Below the pieces are notes generated by a model that did no database searches, was not told the DNA's origin, and was given only the letters and a program-made list of their open reading frames with translations. A stretch of 32,000 nucleotides of DNA from Pirellula staleyi DSM 6068 (GTDB lineage Bacteria; Planctomycetota; Planctomycetia; Pirellulales; Pirellulaceae): positions 4,200,001 to 4,232,000 of the forward strand of contig CP001848.1 in the NCBI GenBank assembly GCA_000025185.1, in the 5' to 3' direction. Positions within the stretch are counted from its first letter, which is position 1. Each line of letters opens with the position of its first letter. A program made the translations under genes and the position numbers. Positions 22,889-31,700 of this stretch are shown here, in pieces.

Positions 22889-25141
22889 TTAGAAGGGGAG
22901 ATCTTCGGAGACCGATGGCTTTGTCGGAGCTGCTGGAACACCGGGAGCGGTGAACTCATATTTCTCGGTCAGTGCGGGCATCAGATCGGTGAGGTCGGCT
23001 CCGCCAAGCTGTGCTTCTTCCCACCAAGTGCGGGCCTTAGCGATGTTTTCGGTGGTCGAGCGTTTATCGAGAAGGACATAAGCTCCCTTCACGATTCGCG
23101 AAACAGGATCACTGGCATCGAGGCTGAAGTCAGCAATCGCTGTAGCAAGTCCTAGTGGAAGTTCGCCGTAAGGAAAGGTGCGGTTTTGACCTGCAATGCG
23201 AACGATCAATTTGTCTGGCAGCGTTTCGACAATCACGACTTGAGTGCTGGTGCCCACCGTAAAAGCCTCACCCGCCTGCATCTTGGTGGCAGCATCGACG
23301 AGTGCACTGCGAAACTGCTTGGAGTAGTTGGCCAGAAGTGCCAAACGGGCCACTTTGTCTTGATGCTCAGGGAGTTTCGCGAGGGCCTTAGCCTGCTCGA
23401 GATGCACCGCTGCTTCATCGAATGCGTGTTCGCCCAGGGCGACACGAGCCTCTTCGACTGCCTTCGACAGCTTCGCAAGTTCAGCTGCTGAAACCGCTGG
23501 CATTTCTGGCATTGGCTCTGGAGTGGGAACCGGCATCGGCGTCGGTACGGGAGTTGTCGGTGTGGCTGGTACTGGCGTTGATGGATCGGTTGGGGCTGGC
23601 ACCTCCGGTGTGGTCGGAGTTGCTGCAGGGGGTGTCATCGTGGGATCGGTCGGCGTAGCTGGCGCAGGCATGGCCGGGTCGCTTGGCATCGGTGTCATTG
23701 CAGGCGGCGTGGTGCCCGGAACAGCTGGCGCGGGTGGAGTTGTCACTGGAATCGCTGCGGGGGGCAGCGTTCCAGGTGTTGTAGGGGTAGTGGTAGGCAC
23801 AGGCGCGACCGGCGTTACTGCTGGTGGAACAGGCGTCGGCGAGACGACCGCTGGAGCCGGGCTCACTGCCGCTGGGGGAAGAGGAGGTGCAACCACCGGC
23901 GGAAGCGTGGTCGCCGGAATGTTGGGGGTGTTTGAAGTTGGTGCCGCCGGTCCGTTATTGGCCAGCGGTTCGTCGGAACCAGAGTTGGCGAGCACGATCA
24001 GCACCAGAATCGCGGCGATGGCACCCACCGCACCAGCGATGAGCATCATTTTCTGCGATTGCTTCTGCTGCTTCATGGCGAAGATCGAAGCCGAATTGCT
24101 GCTCGCGCTCATTCCTGAGGCGAGTGAAGGATCGGCCACTTCCACTCCCTTGCCGCTGAGCATCGCCGTCCCTTGCGGAAGCGAACCGGTGGGAATCGAC
24201 CCCGTAGGTAGGGAACCTGTTGGAACGCTGCCCATCGGAATGGCGGTAGCAACTGCCATCGGTGCCATGGGGTTAGCCCCACTCATCCCGGGAATCGCCA
24301 CGGGAGCCATGGGGTCTACCGCAGCAGGCTGATGACTTGGAGGTGGCGGTGGCATGGGATGGCCGCCGTAACCATATCCGCCGTCGGCTACAGGCATAGC
24401 AACGTAAGGTGCTGGTGCATAACCACTTGGATAGGCTTGTGGATAGCCGGTCGGCTGGGCGTAGGTGGCCTGCGGATAGTTGCCAGCTGGAGGATAGCCC
24501 GGTCCCTGAGGTTGCTGCTGGGGATAGCCGGGCTGTGGGTAGCCCATCGGCTGTGGATAGGGGGCTGCCATCGGGGCTTGTGCATAAGCCGGCGCAGATG
24601 GGTAGGGTTGGCTGGGCTGCTGAGGGTAGCTCGCTGGGTAACTCGGAGCCGCTGCGGGAGCCTGTTGGTAAGGTGCTGGTGCTGCTGGAGTTGGAGCAAC
24701 AGGGACTGGCCGATTGGCAGGCGTTTCTACCTTCGGACTCGGAGCTGCTGACGGCTCGACGGTCTTGGGGCCCATGCCCGGAGGATAGAGAAACGCAGAG
24801 GTGGTTGGCTGGCTCGAAACAATGGTCGACGACAGCTGCGGGCTTGTCGATCGCCCGATTCCACTCCCCGAGGCCAGCTTCTTATCGTATGCCGCTTTCG
24901 CCAACGGATCGCAGAGTGTCGACTTGGCTTCGAGCAGCTTATCGATCAGATCGGCCCAAACGTCGAGGTTGGCTCCGGGACGTGAAGCGCGCACCTTGGC
25001 GATCGCTCGGTCGGCAGCAATGGCGATCTTTTCCCCACTCGTTTCCCCAGGCTTTACACCCAGAAGGTCGTAAAACGTAGGGTTTTTCAGGTCGGGCGAG
25101 AGCCCGAGCCATTGTGTCAGGGGATTGGATGGATCGGACAT
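22889..25141 (-). CDS. bitopic membrane protein with N-terminal J-like domain (no HPD), Gln/Tyr/Pro-rich and Pro/Thr/Ala-rich spacers, and a C-terminal globular domain
   Basis: FYDLLGVKPGETSGEKIAIAADRAIAKV...STLCDPLAKAAYDKKL aligns by eye to helices I-IV of DnaJ J-domains. The HPD position reads ASRPG. There is one TM helix (MMLIAGAVGAIAAILVLIVLA). GGAGG lies 4 nt upstream of ATG 25141; ATG 25159 is an alternative start. Confidence 0.75.
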   Translation of the reverse strand: MSDPSNPLTQWLGLSPDLKNPTFYDLLGVKPGETSGEKIAIAADRAIAKVRASRPGANLDVWADLIDKLLEAKSTLCDPLAKAAYDKKLASGSGIGRSTSPQLSSTIVSSQPTTSAFLYPPGMGPKTVEPSAAPSPKVETPANRPVPVAPTPAAPAPYQQAPAAAPSYPASYPQQPSQPYPSAPAYAQAPMAAPYPQPMGYPQPGYPQQQPQGPGYPPAGNYPQATYAQPTGYPQAYPSGYAPAPYVAMPVADGGYGYGGHPMPPPPPSHQPAAVDPMAPVAIPGMSGANPMAPMAVATAIPMGSVPTGSLPTGSIPTGSLPQGTAMLSGKGVEVADPSLASGMSASSNSASIFAMKQQKQSQKMMLIAGAVGAIAAILVLIVLANSGSDEPLANNGPAAPTSNTPNIPATTLPPVVAPPLPPAAVSPAPAVVSPTPVPPAVTPVAPVPTTTPTTPGTLPPAAIPVTTPPAPAVPGTTPPAMTPMPSDPAMPAPATPTDPTMTPPAATPTTPEVPAPTDPSTPVPATPTTPVPTPMPVPTPEPMPEMPAVSAAELAKLSKAVEEARVALGEHAFDEAAVHLEQAKALAKLPEHQDKVARLALLANYSKQFRSALVDAATKMQAGEAFTVGTSTQVVIVETLPDKLIVRIAGQNRTFPYGELPLGLATAIADFSLDASDPVSRIVKGAYVLLDKRSTTENIAKARTWWEEAQLGGADLTDLMPALTEKYEFTAPGVPAAPTKPSVSEDLPF

Positions 25142-25166
25142 TGTGCCTCCGGATGTCATCTGCCTG

Positions 25167-25207
25167 GATCGCAGTAAGTGCCTGTTAATTCAGTGCTTAC
25201 TGCGATC
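25167..25207. repeat. perfect 12-bp inverted repeat GATCGCAGTAAG-N17-CTTACTGCGATC
   Basis: Read directly from the sequence. Arms are at 25167..25178 and 25196..25207. It lies 26 nt upstream of the J-like gene's ATG 25141, in its 5' leader or promoter region. Confidence 0.8.
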
Positions 25208-25751
25208 GCTGGCGAGTCGTCGTCGTCCTGCTAAGTGCTTCTAAACTGCCGCTAAGTCGGTCGCCGGGGAGATTTCATCGGCGATGAATTAGTCGATACC
25301 TGTATCGTACTACTTCCAGCGTAGTTGGCAGAGTCTATTACTGAAAGCGATTGGTAAACCTTGTTGTACTCGCGTTCACCATCGCATTCGGGTTTTCCAA
25401 ACTAACCTTAAGACGAATTCAACACCGTTACTGACCCGAAATTTCGCTCGCTTTCGACCATTTTTCTGAAAAACGGCTGCCCCGACCCTCTGAAATCGTC
25501 GGTAAATACCCCAAACTGCCAAATCGCGGCCAAAGAAATCTCTCAAGTTTGTTCAGCCTGCGGAAAACCGGCGGGCAGCGGTCGTCGTCTTTATCGCTAC
25601 AGGGGTGTGGTGGCGACGCGTCGATGCGTTACAACTCGCTGACACTTCTCTTCACCGCATTCGAGTGGGTAACCACGCATCTCTTCGCAGTTGGTCGTGT
25701 TGGCAGATTCCTGCCACGGGCCCCTGATACGAATCTCAAGGCAGAACGAAC

Positions 25752-28700
25752 ATGAAGCACTTGCACCGAGCCCTTTGGGTTGCCGTAGCAGCGCTACTGG
25801 TAGCCGTCTTCACCACGGGGGGCAAAACAGCCGTGGCCGATCCGGTCGCAGAAGGGGCTAAGGCCCAAAAGCTCATGCAACAAGGAAACTTCAAGGAGGC
25901 GTACGACATCTATCGCACACTGTGTTTGGATGGCGAGATCGACGGCCCCAAGGTCTCCGAGTTTCTGCCGATGGCTGTTCAGTGCCTCTACAACCTGGGG
26001 CGCGTGAAGGAAGTCGATGATCTCATCGAATCAACCGCCAAAGCTCATGCCGATGAATGGCGCGTGCTCGATACTGCGGCTCGCATGTATCTGGAAGCAC
26101 CTCACCAAGGCTTCATGATCGCGGGCAAGTATGAACGAGGCTATCACCGAGGGGGTGGCGAAGTCGCGAGCTCCATGGAACGCGATCGCGTGCGAGCGTT
26201 GCAACTCAGCGTGCAAGCGATGCCCCTCGCCCAGAAAGATGACAACAAGAAAGCGGTTTCCGATTTCTTCTTGCGATTGTCGGAACAGCTTCTCGCTAAT
26301 CGTGGCATTCACGAAGCTTGGCGCCTTGCCGCTCTATCGAACATTGCCGAATTGCCCGACTACGAAGAGGGCTACCCCTATTATCGCAACTACAACGGCG
26401 CGCCGGTCGATGCTGAAGGCAAGCCGATCTATCACAGCCTCCCCAAGAGCTGGGAAGATGCCAAAACCGATGGCGAGCGTTGGCGCTGGGCGCAGATGCA
26501 GGCCATCGAGAATCATCCCGAAAGCCGCTCGCAAGTCCTGATGTCGCAGGCAAATTTCTTCGAACAGCTGTACGGCGTTTCGTCGATGCAAATTGGCAGC
26601 TGGGGTTTCGACCTCCCACGTGACGACGGAGATGACACCAAGAAGAACGAGAGTGGCACCTACGCTCTCCATACGCTCAAAGACGAAGAAACCATCGCCA
26701 AGCTCGCCACCGGCATCAAGCGGTTCACGCTTCCCGATGAATTCAACCCGATCAAAATTTTGAAGATCGTGGCTGAAGAGAAATCGAGCTATGGCGAACA
26801 ATCGTTGCAGCAACTCGCCAACACTTACAGCAACCGTCGTCAGTACCCCACATCCGCCAAGTATTGGCAGGAATCGATCGATCGGTTTGGTGCTGGAGCG
26901 AATAACTGGAAAATCGATCAGAAGCAGCAGATTGTTGGCAACTGGGGGCAGTTCGATGGCACTTCCACGCAACCAGCCGGCAAGGGAGCAGAAATCGGCT
27001 TCCGCTTCCGTAATGGCAAGCTCGTGAAGTTCGATGCGCGAGCGATCAACGTCGCCCTCCTGCTCGACGACGTGAAGGCCTATTTCAAATCCGATCCAGG
27101 AAATCGAATCGACTGGAATAAGGTCAATATCGCCGATTTTGGCTACCGCTTGGTACACGAAAATGAAACGAAGTACCTCGCCGAAGCGACCGCCAGTTGG
27201 GAGCTTGAACTGCAGCCACGCGAGAATCATTTCGACAAACGAATCACGGTCACCACGCCGCTGCAAAAGGCGGGTGCTTATCTCGTCACGGCCACGATGG
27301 CTGACGGCAATGTCAGCAAGATTGTCCTCTGGGTCGCCGATACCGCGATCATTCAGAAACAGCTGAATGGCAAGTCGTTGTACTTTGTCGGCGATGCTGT
27401 CAACGGTGCGCCGCTTCCGGGCACGAACGTTGAGTTTTTCGGCTGGCAACAGCGCCACCTGGGTGGCAATCGTTTTCAGGTGGTGACGAGCAACTTTGCT
27501 GAAGTCACTAGCGACGATGGCATTGTGACTCCCGATCCCAAGGATCTCAAAAACGAATTCAGCTGGCTCATCACCGCGCGTGGCAAGGATGGCGATCGCC
27601 TCGCCTATCTAGGTTTCCAAGGGGTGTGGCAAGCACAGTATCACGACGCCGAATACAACCAGATCAAGGTCTTCACGATCACTGATCGTCCCGTCTATCG
27701 CCCGAATCAAAAGGTCCATTTCAAATTCTGGGTGGCCCGTGCTCAGTACGACCAGAAAGATGCTTCGGAGTTTGCCAAGGCTTCGTTCCCTGTCGAGATT
27801 TACAATCCGAAGGGTGAACGGATTTATGCCGAAACACTCACGGCCGACGACTACGGGGGACTCGAGGGAGAACTTAATCTTCCGATCGATGCCACGCTCG
27901 GCTCGTACAACATCACGCTGAATGCACAAAAAGATGGCGTGCACGTTGCCAGCGGCGGCAACAGCTTCCGCGTGGAAGAGTACAAAAAGCCAGAATTTGA
28001 AGTGAAAATCGAAGCTCCCACCGAGCCGGTGATGCTGGGTGAAAAGATCACCGCCACCATCGAATCGAAGTATTACTTTGGTTCGCCGGTTTCCAAGGGA
28101 ACGGTGAAGTACAAGATCTTCCGCAAGTCGTACAGCGACGCGTGGTACCCCGTTGCTCCGTGGGATTGGTGCTACGGCAACGGCTACTGGTGGTTTGCTT
28201 ACGACTATCCGTGGTATCGCGGTTTCGATAAGTGGAGCGGCTGTTTGCGACCACTCCCACCCTGGGGATTTGGTGGCGCTCAGCAGCCTCCCGAGCTGGT
28301 GGCTGAAGTCGAGCAAGACCTCACGGCCGATGGCAAGTTGAGTGTCGAGATCGATACCATGCTCGCAAAAGAGTTGCATGCCAACTTCGATCACGAGTAT
28401 TCGATCACCGCAGAAGTGCGCGACGAATCTCGTCGCACGATCGTCGGCACCGGCAAGGTGCTAGTCGCTCGCAAGCCTTTCAAGGTCTTCACTTGGCTCG
28501 ATCGTGGTTACTACCGAGTTGGCGACACGATCGATGCTAATTTTCAAGCACAAACGCTCGACAAAAAGCCTGTGCAAGGCAAGGGTGTGATCACCCTGCT
28601 GAAAATTACCTACGACAAAGATGGCGAAGTGGTCGAAACACCGGTTCGTCGCTGGGAAGATGTTTCTACCGGCGAAGAAGGAAACGCCACGCAGCAAATC

Positions 28701-31700
28701 AAGGCCTCGGCTGCTGGTCAGTATCGCCTGTCGTATGTCCTCACCGACTCGAAAGAGCACTCAATTGAGGGTGGCTTCATCTTCACCATCGTCGGAGATG
28801 GCTTCGATGGTTCCGACTTCCGCTTCAACAATATCGAGCTCATTCCGAATAAGCGTGAGTTCGCTCCAGGCGAAAAGGTTGCACTGCAGCTCAACACCGA
28901 TCGCGTCGGCAGCACCGTGCTGCTCTTCATTCGTCCATCGAATGGAGTCTACCTGCCACCGAAAGTGATTCGCCTGAAGGGAAAATCACTGGTCGAAGAG
29001 ATTGAAGTCGTTCAGAAGGATATGCCTAACTTCTTTGTCGAGGCGATGACGATTGCCGATGGCGACGTCTACACCGAAACCAAGGAAGTGATTGTTCCTC
29101 CTGAAAAACGGATCTTGAATGTAGAAGTTACTCCCACCAAGCAAGCCTATAAGCCTGGCGAGAAAGCGACCTTGAAGGTCCGCCTCGTCGATGAAAAGGG
29201 AGAGAATTACAAGGGTGCCGCTGTAATCACGATGTACGACAAATCGGTGGAGTACATCTCGGGTGGCAGCAATGTGCCCGATATCCGCGAGTTCTTCTGG
29301 AAGTGGCGTCGGCACCATCAGCCTCAGTCGAGCCACAGCCTCGCGCGTCTGACGCACAACATGACCCTTCCCAACAAACCGGGGATGTCATTCCTGGGTA
29401 TCTATGGTGCTTCGGTCGCGGATGAACTTTCCGAACAACTAAGCCGCCGAGATGTTGCCAAGGGTTTTGGGCGCGGTGGTGGCGGTTTAAATTCGCTCCG
29501 CAAATCGGAGGGGCGCGGCATGCCGATGGCCGCGATGGCACTGGCCGATGGTGCTATGGAAATGGCTGCTGGTGCTCCGCCTGCTCCCGGCGGGATGCCG
29601 ATGGCAAAAAATCAAGCCTCTGACAAACAGTCCGATGCCATGGCTATCGAAAGCGAGTTGAGTGGCGAACCAGGTGCGCCTGGTGCTCCGCTTGTCGAGC
29701 CTTCGGTCCGAACGAAGTTTGCTGATACTGCGGTTTGGAATGGGGCAATCGTCACAGGAGACAACGGCGAAGCTGAAGTCACCCTCGACATGCCCGAAAA
29801 CCTCACCGGCTGGAAGATCAAAGTTTGGGGCATGGGCCATGGAACGAAAGTTGGTGCGGGCGAGACCGAAGTGGTCACTCGCAAGGATTTGATTGTTCGC
29901 CTTCAGGCTCCACGTTTCTTTGTGCAGAAGGATGAAGTGGTCCTGACGGCCAATGTTCACAACTACCTGCCTGTTGAAAAGGAAGTGACCGTTTCGCTCG
30001 AACTGCCAGGTGAAATCCTGAAGTCGCAAACGGAAACGACTGTGAGGGTTCGCATCCCAGCAGGGGGCGAGCAGCGAGTCGATTGGCGCTGCAACGTGCT
30101 GGCGGAAGGTGAGGCCGTGGTTCGTATGAAGGCCCTCACCGACGTCGAGTCCGATGCAGTCGAGCAGAAGTTCCCCAGCTTCATTCACGGCATGCTCAAG
30201 ACCGAATCTTGGGCAGGGACCGTTCCTGCAGGAACCGAATCGTCGAAGCTGAAGTTCAACGTTCCAGCGGAACGTCGCGTGGAAAACAGCGTGCTCGAAA
30301 TTCGCTACTCCCCTTCCTTGGCGATGGCGATGGTCGACGCGCTTCCTTACCTCGCCGACTTCCCTTATGGCTGCACCGAGCAGACCCTCAACCGCTTCCT
30401 GCCAGCGGTGATTACGCAGAAAACGCTGCTCGACATGCAGCTGAATCTGGCCGAAATTCGCGATAAACGGACCAACCTTAATGCTCAGGAGATCGGCGAC
30501 GATCGCGACCGCGCGAAGCAGTGGAAGCGTTTTGATCGCAACCCCGTGTTCGATGAAGCTGAACTTAACCGCATGGTTAAGGAAGGTGTGAAAACTCTCA
30601 CCGAGCAGCAAATCAGCGACGGTGGTTGGGGATGGTTCAGTGGTGCAGGAGAGCGTAGCTATCCGCACACCACAGCGGTGGTGGTGCACGGTTTGCAAAT
30701 CGCTCGCAGCTGCGATGTGCCACTCGTACCTGGCATGCTCGAACGTGGGATCGACTGGCTCAAACGCTACCAAGCCGAAGAGTTGCAGAAGATCAAGAAC
30801 TTCGAAGCCAAGACAAAGAACGTTCCTTGGAAGTCGCACCCCGATGCTTTGGATGCCTTCGTCTACATGATTCTGGTCGACGAAGCTTCGGATAATGCCG
30901 AGATGCGTGATCTCCTCTATCGCGATCGCGTGCAACTTCCTGTTTATGCCAAAGCGATGCTCGGTATTGCTCTGGATAAACTGGATCGTGACGATGAAGT
31001 GAAGATGATCGTTCAGAACATCGATCAATTCCTAGTCGAAGATGCCGAGAACGAAACTGCTTACCTCCAGCTACCTCAGGACAACTACTGGTGGTGCTGG
31101 TATGGCAGCGAAGTGGAAGCGAACGCCTATTACCTGAAACTTCTCACGAAAGTCGACCCGAAGGGAGTTCGCGCTCGTCGTCTGGTGAAGTATCTGCTCA
31201 ATAACCGCAAGCATGCGACTTACTGGAGCAGCACTCGCGATACCGCGATTTGTGTCGAATCGTTTGCCGACTTTGTGAAGGCAAGCGGCGAACAAAAGCC
31301 CAGCATGACAGTGGAACTGTGGCTCGATGGTAAGAAGCAAAAGGAAGTAGAGATCAACGCCGAAAATCTCTTTACCTACGACAACAAGTTTGTTCTCACG
31401 GGCAAAGAAGTGACCGATGGTAGCCACGAAGTGGAAATCCGTCGTAAGGGTGAAGGGAACGTTTACTTCAACACTTACCTGACGAACTTCACCCTCGAAG
31501 ATCAGATCACCAAAGCTGGTCTCGAAGTGAAGGTCGAACGTAACTACTTCAAGCTGACCCCTGTTGATAAGAAGGTTCAGGTCGAAGGTGTGCGTGGCCA
31601 AGTGATCGACCAGAAGGTCGAGAAGTACGAACGCTCGCCACTAGCGAATCTCGATTCGCTCACCAGCGGCGATCTCGTTGAAGTGGAACTCGTCATCGAG

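Noticed and set aside
23523-24332. 269-aa plus-strand Gly/Val/Thr/Ala-rich ORF (GTGVVGVAGTGVDGS...).
   Set aside because: It is the mirror translation of the Pro/Thr/Ala-rich linker of the minus-strand J-like protein. Reverse-complement codons of Pro/Thr/Ala give Gly/Val/Ala. The minus-strand frame is continuous for 750 codons and includes a J-like domain, a TM helix and a folded C-terminal domain.
25549-25755. 68-aa plus-strand ORF whose TGA overlaps the A2M start (ATGA at 25752..25755), which could suggest a translationally coupled upstream ORF.
   Set aside because: It has no SD and no recognisable motifs. Its third-position GC looks lower than in the flanking genes. It also needs a TTG start, or an internal ATG giving only 43 aa. 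The overlap is most likely coincidental. It would be worth revisiting only if ribosome profiling shows occupancy.
26334-31028. Minus-strand ORFs of 374 aa (26334..27458), 261 aa (27609..28394) and 513 aa (29487..31028), plus several shorter ones.
   Set aside because: All are antisense or off-frame within the uninterrupted 6.2-kb A2M frame, which carries the signal peptide, MG-type repeats, the thioester box and TED motifs. None of the antisense products has recognisable features.
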